64,000 nt of DNA. Origin: the human T2T-CHM13v2.0 reference genome, Homo sapiens. The translations under genes were made by a program, and so were the position numbers. This document shows, piece after piece, positions 43,939 through 60,600 of this stretch (its first letter is position 1; the number at the start of each line of letters is the position of its first letter). The stretch lies in NCBI RefSeq assembly GCF_009914755.1, contig NC_060933.1. One strand, written 5' to 3'. A model generated the notes under the pieces. The model worked only from the letters and a program-made list of their open reading frames with translations. It made no database searches and was not told the origin of the DNA.

Positions 43939-45349
43939 GGCATAAAGGACTTTATTAAAAGGCCAAAGAAGTAGTTTAGAATACTGCAGGTCGGAGATGG
44001 AGCTAAGCCAGGAGCAGATTGGAACCAAGGCCTGAAACACAGATGTCTGCTTCACTTTGCATCTGCTTCACTCTTCTCTGTCTTCCTGTAGAAGACAGAG
44101 AACTAACTTCCTCTGCTTTTCTGGTTCACTTTATGGAAAACTAGTCTTCCAACAGCTTTTGAGTCTAAATATTATTGTTGTGACTCTCCAGGGAGATCTC
44201 CGTCACACACCCACACCAATTCCAAATTCCTAAAGAAGAGACTGATTTCCCAGTCTGGGTCAATTGCCCAACCCAGACCCATCAGCGATGGCCACGGCAT
44301 TAGAAAAGTTCATATTGCACGAAAGGCTATGTAGAGCTCCATAGCTATGACCATGAGGATGGAGGTGTGAGGGGAGAAGTCATTGGAGAAGAGGGAATCA
44401 CTGTAAACTGGAGCAAAAACTCAATAGGCATTCATTTCATGAGTTGGTTTGGGATGGTGTATTTAACTATGAATGACACCTTAGGACTTTCCACGGCACC
44501 ATGGAAGTAGATAACTGTACAGTGGTTGCTCTGCTCAGACAGGCTGACCGTTGTAACTCCAGTCACATTTCTTATGAGTGTGATATGTTCTGCTTGTTTT
44601 GAGTAACATTAGTAGTAGTCACCTCATCAGAAAGTTATTCACTGAAGTTTTAAAGAGGCCAACTGAAGCAGCAATAGCTTTTGATGGTGAGCTTGAGAAA
44701 GAAAAAAATTCTGGGAAAAAAGGTGTGGGATTTCCCTGTTTAATTTAATGCCACAAAAGCCCAATATTAAGGTTCAAATTGAATAAAATTTGTGTCCTCC
44801 ATGGCCAACCTTGGAGGAAGATTATCCTACAAAGGTCAAATGGCTGGACTTTGTGGATCTGAATCTTGTCTTCTATGATCTCTCCTTTAAGGATCCCCTA
44901 TGATTTTCTATTGTTAGCACCATTCTGTTTGGGATGGGTGAGATCTGCTCAATTTTTAATGCTTCAGCTCAATGATGAACACATGATTTCCCAGAACATT
45001 CCAAAATTCAGTGGTGGTAAAGCTGGGACATTCAACAAGACTGTACTAAACATCAAGAGAAATGAGATAATATAGTTTACAAAACACAGTCACCTCTTAT
45101 GAACATTTGAAACAGTGTGCTTTCCATTTATTTCTATTTTTGTATTTCTGTCCTTGCTTTCACAGTATTGAAGAGTGTAAGGAGCACATGCAGAAGAGCA
45201 CTGTGGGCTCCCTCCACACTCAAGTTACTAGGCGATGGGGGAGAAAACCTGTCATCAGAGAATGGCCAGGAAGAGTAGCCCTCCCTGTCCCATGTGGTTT
45301 CTGCCATTATGTGTGTGTGTTTTAAAATCTCTGTGAAGTTCACTTATAT

Positions 45350-46285
<936 letters not shown>

Positions 46286-47204
46286 GTTGTGCAAACCACT
46301 TTTGAGTGGAAGAAAAGAATTCTATCTGAAACAAAAAATGACTGCAACATCTTCTGCTTTCTAGGAAGGGGATGTAATTCTTCAGGGTAGATTTTTTTTT
46401 CTTAATTTTACTTTTCTTAGGAAAACACTATGATGCTCTCGAGGTCTTTTTAGTGGTGAAAGGCAAAGCCTTCCTGGGCTTGGATAAGATGGGACTTGTT
46501 TAGAAGGAGAAGCAAATTGTTCCAGATAATAAAGTATCAGGGACTTTGGGAAGCTTCACAGAAACACACACATCCAATATGCATCATGATCCCCGGCCAC
46601 TCGTCTACATGCTGAAATTAAAGAACTGCTAATTTAGACTCCAGTGAGACTGGAATTCTACAATCCCTCTTTTTTCATGATCTTTTATAGGAGCATTTCT
46701 CTTGACCTTCTTACTTTAGGTTGCCCACATGCAATTTTACATCAAGGAAGGCATAAAGTGAGGCCTTTGCCTTAGCTTAGGGTTTACAGAGATTCTTCCT
46801 ATGCCCTGTTCCAAGGGGAAATCTCCCACCCACTGCCTTGCAGGTTTTGGTCAAATATTAAACACAAACACACAGACTACTGGGGACATGGGGAAGGGGA
46901 ACATGTTAGTGTATTAGTTACTTCTTTGTAGCTCATAATTTTTGTTTTATGAATCGGGGAACATTTTTCTCTCCCCAACTCCTGTGATCCTACATCTTTA
47001 TTCATGCAGTTATCCCTCCTTGGAATATCCTCCTTACTTCTACCATCTACCTGAATTCATTCATCTTTTGAAGGTCTGGTTCAGGCCTGGGCTTCTCCCT
47101 CTATAGCATCCTCTGTTTGTACAAGAACAAGTGATACACTCCCTTCTTCGAACCATGATTCCTCTTAGCATACCACTTCTCACTTCGTCATCAAAGATTT
47201 TTCT

Positions 47205-47510
47205 CTCAGCATTTTGGGAAGCCAAGGTAGGAGGATAACCTGAGGCCAGGAGTTTGAGACCTGCCTAGGCAACATAGCAAGACCTCATTTCTCCAAAAAA
47301 CTAACAAAAAAAATTAGCCAGATGTGGTGGCTGGCACCTGCAGTCTCAGCTACTTGGTAGGCTGAAGTGGGAGGATTGCTTGAGCCCAGGAGTTCGAGGC
47401 TACAGTGAGCTATGATTGCAACACTCCATTCTAGCCTGGGTGACAGTGAGTCCCTGTCTCAGGAAAAAAAAAAAAAAAAAAAAAAGCAAGGAAAGAAAAA
47501 GAAAAAAAGA
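47205..47510 (+). mobile_element. AluJ (5'-truncated) within an L2 remnant
   Basis: Alu dimer with poly-A. Confidence 0.92.
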
Positions 47511-47751
47511 TCCCCCCCATCTTTTTTTTCTTTTTAAGGAGATATTTTGGGGGGGTTTCTGAGTGCCTGAACCATGCCTTATGCATTTAAATTTTCATGG
47601 TGCCTGGCACACAGTACATAATAATTGTTGGCTGTAGTAGACAACTCTTATTTTCTTTGCACAGAACATTTTCCTTTGTCTAAAAATAGCGTTCCTGCCA
47701 TCATGGAGAGGGGAGAAAGACAATAAGCATAAGTATGTAAATAATATTATA

Positions 47752-48063
<312 letters not shown>

Positions 48064-48715
48064 GGATATGATAGAAAGCAATGTGTGAATAGAGAAAAAA
48101 CTAGCATGAAGCAGGATAAGAAGAACTGTGAGTGCCAGGGGAGGGAAACAGGCTGCGATTTTAAATGGGATGGTCAGGGTAGGCCTTGCTGAGAAAGTGA
48201 AATCTGGGCAAGGACTTGAGTGAGGTAAGGAAGAGAATCCTGTGGCTATCTCAGGGAAGGATGTTCCAGGCACAGAGAACAGCCTGCCCAATAGCTGGAG
48301 TAAGAATGGGCTTTGGTATCCTTAAAGTGGAGCAAGGTGAGCAAGTGGGTGAGAAGTAGGAGATGAAGTCAACAAGTCATTAGGTGGCCAAGATCACCAA
48401 GAGCTTTGAAGGCCTCATAAGGCCTTCCCCTAACTCCTGTCCAACCAGGTGGTTTCAGAGGAGTCTCCCTGTCTGAAGTGGTCCTTCCTCGCTTTTATCC
48501 AATTGTGTGGCTCCCCATCAGTCACCATTATTTAGTCCAGGGGTGGATAGAGGACTCTGTCTATTCCAAGCAGAGTTCTTCCATAAAAGTGTAAATCTGA
48601 AAATGGAAGGAAAGAGTCAGGATCTGTTCCAGATACTGCAGATGGGCTCTCTCAGCTCCATTACAATCTCTTGTAACATGACTGCAAATTACAGGAAGGA
48701 AAGTTAAAGAACAAG

Positions 48716-49063
48716 GCTTAGTCAGTTCAGGCTGCTGTGACAACTGGGTGACTTAGATGACAAACATCTCTTTCTCATCATTCTGGAGGCCAGAATTCTG
48801 AGATCAGGGTGCCAGCATGGTTGGATTCTGATGAGGGTCTTTTCTGGGTTGCAGACTGCTAACTTCTCTTTGTTTCCTCACTTGGTGGAAAGAGGGCCAG
48901 CTAGCTCTCTGGCCTCTTCTTATAAGAGCACTAATCCCATTCATGAGGGTTCCACCCTCATGACCTAATTCCCTCCCAAAGACTCCACCTCCTAATACCA
49001 TCACACTGAGGATTAGATTTCAACATATGAATTTGGTGAGGACACAAACATTCAGCCTATAAT
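48716..49063 (-). mobile_element. MLT1A MaLR LTR
   Basis: TTAGTCAGTTCAGGCTGCT...GAGATCAGGGTGCCAGCATGG...GGACACAAACATTCAGCCTATA. Confidence 0.85.
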
Positions 49064-49777
49064 GAAACACATCACCCAGATTCTTTAATAGCTTGGTTTT
49101 TCTGATAACTTAATTGACCCCAGTCAATGCCCTTGAGAGATCGGGAAGGCAGAATTTCACATTGTGGGCTGTTTTGGGGCAAGTATGATACACAGACTTT
49201 TTTTTTTTTCTGTGACAGGTGCAGCTGAAGTCCCAGTGGTTGGTTCTTAGCTTTGTGGGTATCAAGAAGCAGAACATAGGCCATCCATTTCACTTGCACA
49301 GAGAGCAGCAGAGGCTTTCTGACTGTGGCAGGAAACTGCACTATTGTTCTGGAAGTCAGTCCAGGAATCTCAGCCTAATTCCTGCATCTCCAGCTCTCCC
49401 AGTGATTTTGCAAACACCTAATTGTAGAGTGGTGGAGGGAGCAGGAATCACTTGGTAAAGCATGACCCCTGGGTGTATGCTTTCTGCGTGAACTTGCAGG
49501 AGAGGTGGCTGTTTTCTGCAATGATTTAGCCCCTTACTGCAACATGAAATATGGGAGCTTTCAGTGTTTATGTTTCCTACTATGTGGAAATGCTCATTTG
49601 CAGAGAGACTGACTGAAATCAACACAGACTGAAGCATAAGGAAAGAAAGAGGAAGAGTTGAAGACCAAGTTTAGGCTATCACTACCCATGAGGCCCCATA
49701 ACACACATTCCTCTCTCATCATTTTGTTATCCAACCTACCTTTGATTTTGAGATACTCCAACATCTTTACTATGAAT

Positions 49778-50076
49778 TCTTTTTTTTTTTTTTAGACAGG
49801 GTCTCACTCTGTTGCCCAAGCTGGAGTGCAATGGTGCGATCTCGGCTCACTGCAACCCTCTACCTCCCAGGTTCAAATGATTCTCTTATCTCAGCCTCCC
49901 GAGTAGCTGGGATTACAGGCGCCCACCACCATGCCCAGCTAATTTATGTATTTTTAGTAGAAACGGGGTCTCACCATATTGGCCAAGCTGGTTTCGAACT
50001 CCTGACCTCAAATGATTCACCCACCTCTGCCTCCCAAAGTGCTGGGATTACAGGCATGAGCCACTGTGCCCTGCCA
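49778..50076 (-). mobile_element. AluS
   Basis: Reverse Alu dimer. Confidence 0.95.
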
Positions 50077-51037
50077 AATTCATTCTTTTGTTTAAGTTCA
50101 TTCAAGATGGATTTCTGTCATTAGCAAATCAACAGTTGAATTGAATTGTGGTGAAGAGTACCCTGATATTATTACTGGGTTATTACTTCTAAATCATTAG
50201 TTTATTAATTGTGTGTATTCGTCTCTTTCCTCTCCAATTTATGGTTACTTATTTTGATTGTGTAGAGTTTGAAGTAAGAAGGTCAAACTTAAGACGAAAG
50301 GTTAGGTGTGCTGTGATTCGCAGCCACAGCTTCGTCCTAACACACTGCCGGAAAATCACCTCAAATTAAGGGGCCTGCTGTTGGCAGGGTAGAAATCTAT
50401 TTTTAAGAAGTAGAAGTAGCATATAAATGAAACACATATGGGTCATGAAGCAAACTTCTCCAGCTAAAACGGTGATGCCTACCTACAAGAATGCAGCTCT
50501 CTATCACGTGGAGGCAGTGCGCTGGTGACAGTGACAGCAGTTTCAAAAGTAGAAAGACAAGCCCCTTTTTCACTTAAACCCAACCGAGTCACAAACAATC
50601 CAAACGCCAGACCCATCCTGCCCCAACGTGTGACCTAACTGAAATTTCTAGCAAAATGTTTTTGTAGCCACCTAACTAGCAACTGTAAACTAGCACCCCC
50701 TAAGCCTTTCTCGTTTCCGCCACTGGGTGGCAGCCAGCTGCCAGGTGTCAGATCAGTGAGGAGACAATTTTCTTGGTAGGGGGAGAGTGCGGTCATCCCA
50801 CGTGCCCTATTTGGGAGTGATCCCTCACTCATACCCCTTGCTGAAAGCATACACTTGGTGGTCTTGTTTGACCACAGAATCCCTTCCCCCTCTGTTACTC
50901 CTGGTCCTCAAATCCCTTGATCAGCCCCTGGAGCAGCCAATCATTGACTAGTCAGGGTCCCACCAGATTCGTTCTCCAGAAAGTAAAGTGAGAAAGGGGT
51001 GACCTAGTTGGTAGTGAAAGCTGGAGTTCAAAGATCT

Positions 51038-51063
51038 CATGGACCAAAAAGCAGAAGCAACGA

Positions 51064-51123
<60 letters not shown>

Positions 51124-51770
51124 ATAAAGACTTCATCAAAATCAAAAACTTTTGTGTGTCAAAAGACACAATCAAGAAATTAAAAAGAACCCACAGAATG
51201 GGAGAAAATATTTGTAAATAATATATCCGATAAGGGCCTAGTATCCAGAATGTATAAAGAATTTTACAACTCAATAACAAAAAGACAAACAATCCAGTTT
51301 TAATCTTGGACAAAGGATCTGAATCGACATTTATCCAGAGAAGATAGGCAAATAACCAAGAAGCCCATGGAAAGATGCTCAACATCACTAGCCACTAGGG
51401 AAATCAAAATCACTACTTTATTCCCAATAAGAAGGCTATATATATATATTTTTTAAGTGAGTGTTAGTGAGGATGGGGAGAAATGAAATTTTCATATATT
51501 TCTGGAATGTAAAATGGTACAGCCACTGTAGAAAACAGTTTGGCAGTTCCTCAAAAAGTTAAAAAATATGAAAAAAAAATTACCAAATATGACCCAGCAA
51601 TTCTACTCCTAGAAATATACTCAAGAGAGTTGAAAATATCTGCTCACACATACGTTCATATATAAAAGTTCCCAGCAGCATTGTTCACAGCAGCCAAAAG
51701 ACAGGGTTAACAACTCAGATGCCCACTGACTGATGACTGGATAAGCAGAGTGAAGTGAATCTATACAAGG
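51038..51770 (+). mobile_element. L1M ORF2 end/3'UTR fragment containing a (GAAA)n STR (51062-51122)
   Basis: DFIKIKNFC; GAATGGGAGAAAATATTTG; ATATGACCCAGCAATTCTACTCCTAG. Confidence 0.87.
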
Positions 51771-51891
51771 GTTTTGGGCATAAACCTAGGAGTGGGATTG
51801 CTGGGTCATATGATATTCTATGTTTGACTTTTTGAAGAACTGCTAAACTATTTCTGGAAACTAACTTTTACCTGCTTCTTCTACTGCTTGA

Positions 51892-52295
<404 letters not shown>

Positions 52296-52603
52296 CACAG
52301 AGCTGTTTTTATCAGATAAGCTTTTACTGAGCGCTTACTGTGTGCCAGGTACTCTCCTAGGACCCAAGGACAAAAAGATTAGTAAGACAGTCCCTGTCTC
52401 TTCAGGACTTATAGTCCCAGGGTGGGGTATGGAACTGGACTGATTTAAATGGACAGAGAAGTGCGAGAGGCAGGGAGGTGGTTTATGCCTGGAGAGACTT
52501 CTACTCTAGTGGGGAGAGAGACTGAAATACACCCCCCACCCCCGACCTCCGACACACCCCAAACACAGGAATCATGTTGAAACAAGGATGGATTTTGATA
52601 TAA

Positions 52604-52927
<324 letters not shown>

Positions 52928-53029
52928 AAATCATGGGTCTTAAGCCAAGTTTTGTTTGATGTAAAAAGAGGTGAGAATTCCAAAGATGAAGAGGCCCTCA
53001 TTGTGTGGAGAGACAGATGCTGGGCTACA

Positions 53030-53170
53030 GCTCAGGGCACTGCAGTGTTCATGCCAGCTTGACCACTAGCTGACTGTGTGAGTATCTGTATTTCTCTGGG
53101 CCTCAGTTTCACCGATTTCAAAGGTAGAGAAGTGGTGTAGATAATCTCTGTGGCCCTTTGAGGTTTGTAC
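53030..53170 (+). mobile_element. MIR
   Basis: CCACTAGCTGACTGTGTGA...TCTCTGGGCCTCAGTTTC. Confidence 0.65.
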
Positions 53171-55345
53171 AAGTTGCTTTTCCTACCATGGAGTAACATG
53201 GAATTGGGAGGGAAGAGAACCATAAAGCTTCTTCAGATGTTTTATAGGCTTTTTCTTGTGGAGGTTGTAGGACTGAAGGGATGTTCATGTACGTGGCTGG
53301 GGCAGGGGAAGGGGGATGAAACTTCACATATACCATCAACATTTGACTAAATGATCCAGTTTCTGCCACCCACTGCCCAGGTATGACATGTTTGTGCCTA
53401 AGACTGAGACAGAGGCCATGGAAACAAGGGCGTAGGGGGATCATATTAGGGAAATACAGCATTTGGAGAGAATAATTCATCATACTTATTGTAGTGTTCA
53501 TAGAGGCAAAGCAGGGAGCAGAAGATGAACATGTCCTTAAGTGGCTGGAGCTCAGAGCCGACTCTGATCACAGGGTGTTGCCTCCACCTTTCCACTCCTT
53601 CAGTTTTGCCAGACTCACCTTCTCTCCCTGCATCACCTCTCAGCGTCCAGTCATTCTTTATTCTCTTAGTCTTTCAGTCCTTTTCTGACTCACCTAACAT
53701 CCTATCAATTCTGAACACCAAGCCAGTCATGGCCCTGCTCCCACCAGCCCGCAAATGGGTGGCCTCTTGGCCTTCCCACCCTGTCTTTCACATCAGTGAG
53801 AACTCATCAGATTCCTCCATCCCTGACGTAGGTTACCTCATCCTTCTTTTTTGAACCCTATTTCTTGGAAAATTCTGTGTCTTCTTTTTATCTCAGCCCA
53901 AATCCCTGTAGTCATGGCTAGTTCCTGACACCTGCTCCTTTAACAATCCTGTATATCTTGCAACTTTGTCTCTCTTTATTGACATTTTCCAAATGATACA
54001 TTTTCCCAAGTCTCTTTTTATTAAAAATAAAACAAACAAAAATGACTTTTTTTGGCTTGGGTTTAATAAACAGAGTAATGGTAATTTTAAAAAATGAATA
54101 AATTTAGTATTTTAACCCAGTCTCATGGTTGTTGTTGCAACTTGGTGAAACAGAACTTTGGATCTGGTTATGGAATGGAAGGACATATTTTGAATAGGAA
54201 CCCCAACTCATATGGGCTTCATATTAAGAGGAACTGAAAATCCAAAGGAAGGCCGGCCAAAGGGAACCCTTGGTTTTATAGCTCAATGATGTTATCAAGA
54301 ACCTGATTGCTTTCATTTTTTTGTTTCCCCTTCCATGGTGTCGACTTCATCTAAAACGAAATTTTCTTGTGGTCCTAAGATGGCTACAAGCAGCTCTATG
54401 GGCTTCCTGTTCTCCTCAGAGGCAAGAGAAGCTCCCTCCCAACATCCCCAGCAGGAGTCCTGAGGTTTTCTCTAAGTAGTCTGACTGAAGTTATGCGCTC
54501 ACTGCTGAACTAATCACTGTGGTTATGGAGCAAATGTCATGGTTGCCATAATCTCGGCCACATGCTCTACTGCCAGAGCTGGAGTGCAGTTTAGGTCCCT
54601 GAAACTACATGGTTCCCCTAAACTAAGTCAGAGGGTTTGTCCTTTACTCATGTACTTCCAGGACCTGAAGGTTGGTTTGGACCCCACTTACTGACACATC
54701 TCTAGATCCATGTCTAGCTGGTGCTCTAAGCTTTCTCAGCCCCAGCCCTCCCACTCAACTTGAACACTAGATGTTAACAAAGTGCCAGGTGGAAAACTCC
54801 AGAATTGTGCATGGCAGCATGTGTGCAGAGATGAAAAGACACAGAGAAGTGAGGAGGGGTGAGGACTGTTTGGTCCTATAATAGTGATGCGGTGATATCA
54901 TGACTTTAAACTCTCCAAACATCTGCTGGGAGGCTCCTACTGCTAAAAGTGGAACAGCTGATTAGAGGACAAAGGGAATCGAGCTTCCACTTAATTCTGA
55001 CCAAAAGGAAAGGCCAGTTGGTGAAACAGAAGGTATGGGAAGCATGGGAGGAAATGACTGAGTCACCTTGGAATTTGTAATAGCAGAGAAACGGACAAAT
55101 GGGCATGTTCAGACACATCCATTGGATTTTTTTTTTTTTTTTTTTTTTTAGTCTAAGAAAGGCGAAGTGAGCCCATAGTCAGTTTCTAAAAGGGACTATC
55201 ACTTAAGAAGGATAAGTAGCTTTAGAAAAGAAATGCCTACTCTGTAATCTTGGGTTATTCTAATGAGAAGTTCACTGAGGAAACATCAAAGAAACTGAGT
55301 GTGTTTAGGGTACAACCAAACCCAGATTTAGAAGGAACAGAAACA

Positions 55346-55786
<441 letters not shown>

Positions 55787-55919
55787 CTAATTGTAGATAA
55801 GTTGACACTTGTATCTTTTGTAGAGATGAGGTTTCGCCATGTTGCCCAGGCTGGTCTCAAATTCCTGGGCTCAAGTGGAAAATGATTGCAAAGAGGGAAG
55901 GCACCCAAGATGGAGCTGG

Positions 55920-56760
55920 GCACCTTCTAATTTTAGAAGGGGTGTTATAGTAAGCACAAACTTAGTATTAAATTGCCAGTAAAATTTTTGATTAGATTAC
56001 TAAACAAGTGGGTGGTTTTCAAGAACTTAGAAAAGTAGATAATCACCAGAAACACGTGTAGATAAACCAAGAATTATCTCCAAATAAGGTGACTTGGGTT
56101 TAAAGTCATTAGGCTTATTATCAGGAATATATCTGTATCCTGCAAATAAAAAATTTAACAAATCTTTAAATAAAACATCCTATGATAATTATGCAGGCAA
56201 GATAAACAAACATAGGCTGGATCATCAACAATTTATATGGCTGTTGATTTAATGCATCACAGCCATTTTGAGAAAAAAGTAGTCTTCCCTGCTATCTTTG
56301 GCAAAATACTATTAAGATACTTTTAATTAAACAACATAGATGGCTAGGTAAATAATATCTTTATTAGATTTGTGGATAAGACCATGTTATTATGTGAGTA
56401 AAATGAATTAGTATTTTAAAGATCTTCCCAGGTTGGAGAAAAATGGACAGAAGCTAGTAAGGTAAAGTTGAAAAGGGACTTATGCAAAGTTTGGCATTAG
56501 GTTAAAATAAAATTGCAACAGTACTGTATAGCAGCATAGAATGACAGGAATTCTGATTTCGGAACAAAACTATACTTGGCAATTTTAGTTGATGATGAAT
56601 GGCATTTGAATTAGGAAGAGTGTAGTCTAACTACAATTTAACCTTGGGTTGCATTTTTGGAAGCCAGGCCTTCAGATCTGCCCTGGTCCGCCTGCTGCTG
56701 GAGTTGATGCCCAGTTTTGTTCAGTACAACATGGTGTAATCTGACGGGTGCTGGAAGCCA
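55920..56760 (+). mobile_element. Highly decayed CR1/L3 LINE RT-region remnant
   Basis: Spaced motifs resembling L3 (TTTAACAAATC..CCTATGATA..CAAGATAAACAAACATAGGCTGGAT; ACCTTGGGTTGCATT; GCCCTGGTC..CTGGAG..CCAGTTTTG). Confidence 0.6.
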
Positions 56761-57084
56761 TATCTGCGATTATGGGTCCAGGAGATATAAACACGCAGGA
56801 TGTCTTCCAGGGCCAATGAACAGACCTACTGGTGAGAAGAGAGGGCTCTTATTGGAGAATATGTGAGAAAACCATATTGGCAGGATGGGCAGAGGCAGAT
56901 GGTAAGGCTAGGCTCTTGAATTCCCAGTCTAAAGATTGTGAGCCTTACCTCTTAGACAACACAGAGGTTCCAAGCACTCATAAGTGGGATGAGAGAGTGG
57001 ATGAGAGTTGTACTTTGGAGGATAGATCTGAGATTTTAAATGGTATGGAGGCAATGCAATGGAAAGTCGTGGACTGGGTGGATA

Positions 57085-57650
<566 letters not shown>

Positions 57651-60600
57651 GATTACAATTCAAACCTGGAATGAGCAGGCAGTAAAAACTAGAGAAAGGA
57701 AGGAACAGCTGCACAGAGTGTAATGAAGGCAAAATTCGGAGGCCTTGCTGCTTACCTGGAGATAGCTCTCTTGGTCTCTTGCATACGTCTCAACCTTTGC
57801 TCTTATCGTGCTTGCAAGGTGGTGTCTGCATGGTATTCTACATGGCTACCTTGCTGCCCAAGGTCTTCCCCTTCACCCATGCCCAGAGTGAATTCCATAG
57901 CCATTCAGCCCTTACCTGACTTTTCATGTGTACATGTGTCTCACTCTACCCAATTTCAGGCTTGTTGAGGTCAGGTACTGTTGTACATGTTTCCTTTTAT
58001 CGCCCGCAACATCTAGCACAGTCTCTTGCATGTATGCCTGTTCCAAACTGAATTTTGTTCATGCAGGAATGGCTTAAGTTAATGAGGATTCTAAGTTCCC
58101 AAGCTCGTGTTGGGGAAATGGTGGCACTTGTGATGAAAGAGTGAAGCACAAGGGAGAAGTCCATTAGCTTCAGAAGTTATGGGTTCAGTTTTGGGATATA
58201 ATGAGGTTACCAATTATGTGGGATTAGGTTCAAAAGGCACTAAGGCAGCAGTATAATCTAGACAAAATTGCCTTTAAGTTCCTTAAATCTCAATGTTTCT
58301 CAATAAGTGATTTTAGTTGTATTGGGTCTAGTCAGCCTGTCATAAGTTGACCATGGATGAAACTGGTGGTTTATGTTTTGGGAAACATGCTGCACCAAAG
58401 ATTATGCTTTTCTGGGTGTATAAGGTGGTGGTGATGGTGCCCTCTGTATTTTCTCAAAGTAGGCACTATGAAATTACACATATTCACATTATAAATGACT
58501 GGACTCTAGTATAATTATGTGGCATCCAGGTAGAGATGTCTAATGAAAGTATGTGAAAGATTTAATGCTTCCTGGCTCTCTGAGATTTTTCTTTCTTTTC
58601 ATAGTTATAACCATTGGGGGAAATCACCCATCATTTGGCAAATCTAAATAAACAAATGGCCTTGAAGATGACATTCACTGCAGAGTTGGGCTTGAAATTT
58701 GGCACAGAGGTGTAGGGGAGGATGAGTTCCCTCCACTCTTCAGTTTTTCTTTCTTCCCCATCGTGATACCTCCACTTTCTACACTATCCCAAGTACCCAC
58801 ACAGGGAGAGGAAGCAAAGAATATTCTGGAAATGCTTTTCATTCCTTCAGCAGATGTGAACTATTGCGTCAACCAATGGTTTCATAGACTGGGATAAAAA
58901 GACTACTATCAGCCTAACATTGTTTGTGTATAACTATTCATAGTTATAAATCAGAGTGGACATTTAAAAACCATTAATTAACTTCAGAAGGAAAAGTGAA
59001 AACCAAAGTGCAATGTTTTATTTTGCTAAACTCAAGAAACAATTTTAATAACCCCAATGAACCTAGAATCCAGCAACTGAGTAACAACCCGTTAGGCAGA
59101 AAATATGTCTCATCAAAGGAACAATCTAGCCATGTGTTGATGGTCAATAGACAATAGTTGGCTGATAGAAATTAGCCATGAGCAAATCCTAAATATGAAC
59201 GCCATGGAGTTTTCACCTCAAATGCCCGAGAAAGGTTGCCTTGTTTTGTTGATATTGCTGTTAAGGAAAAAGAAAATCATGAATCTGGATATCCTTCCTC
59301 CTAATATTAACCATCTGCCCAAATGTAACCTGCTTATTTCCTGGCTGACATTCGGTTTTTGTGGCTCTTTCTTTTCATGGTGATTGTGAAAATCCCTAAT
59401 GGTGACTAGTGCTCGCTAATGTAATATGGGACGGTCATTTTGAGGCTGGTTTCCAAGTTCTTCATCTGTAACTCCTCTTCCCCCAAAATTCCTTAAATTC
59501 AAATATTGCAACTCCAAGAGGGTGGCCAGGCAAACCCACGTTCTTTGTGAAAACCTCCCAAATGAAATATGTTTTGAACATTTTTTAGAAGGTTAGAAAG
59601 GAAGAGTTGAGCAAAAGGACGCAAGGCCAAGGTCAACTATCTCTCATTAAAGGGAAAAGGGGACTTAAGGCTGTTTTCCAGGGTCCCCCCCAGGAGCAGA
59701 GAGGAATCTCTCCTCTACTAATAGTTAGCAGCTGTTCAAACAGAGGTGCTAACCTCAATTGTCTTAACCAAAAGTGGTTGAAAAATAACGTTTAAAAGAA
59801 GTGACAAGGTGCTATCTCTAAGTTTGAAGGATTATGCAGCAAAGGTTGGAATAGAAAAATAGGAGGCTCTCAAAGATATTCCTCAAACTTTAGCTATTTT
59901 GCTCAATCTTGGGCTTTTGTTGGATCTATTGTCTGTGTGGATCCAACATACTATTTGAGAGAGAAGTTGTCCTGACTTCCATGACTCAAGTGTGTGTTGC
60001 ATAGGTAACATTGGGGGAGAGTCTAAGAGAGTTTGGAGAGAGATTCATATTTAGCCACATCCTCAAGGCTTTCTCATCAGCCCCAAATCTGACTGAGCCT
60101 TAAATCATTAAGCTGAAAGGAAGAGTTAATTTTCATTGGGCCTTGTTTTCATATGAAAGATAATTACAAACAACCGCAGTGAGATGCCTGGTGAGGGTTC
60201 CTGTTGCATGGTTCCCAGGGAGGGGTAGATTCAAGTTACTCCTATTTGTCAGTCAGTATTTTTCATTTACCTATAACCTTTTCTTATGAATTAATTCCAA
60301 GTGCTCTGTTGAAGGCTTCTCCGGACGGAGTCTCAGTTGTATCTGCCTTGGCATTTTTCCAGCCCCTACTGTTCCAGCTATAGGTGTTTAATTGACATTG
60401 CACTGAGAGAGGATCTCATGAACATTTAAAGCCCCAGTGCATAGAGGCACAAACGCAGTCAGAGGAAGTGGAGTGACTGGCTTCATTTCTCACTTGAAGG
60501 GCTATGACCTATTAGAGAAGAATGTGGAAGCCAAGAGTCAAAGGGAGGGAAAAACGCAGCTCATGCTGGAATTCTAGACTCCCTACAACCCCTGGGTGAT

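Noticed and set aside
50948-51388. 146-aa hydrophobic ORF (also 21150-21530 and 13958-14347)
   Set aside because: Antisense L1 sequence plus (TTTC)n microsatellite; hydrophobicity follows from T-richness
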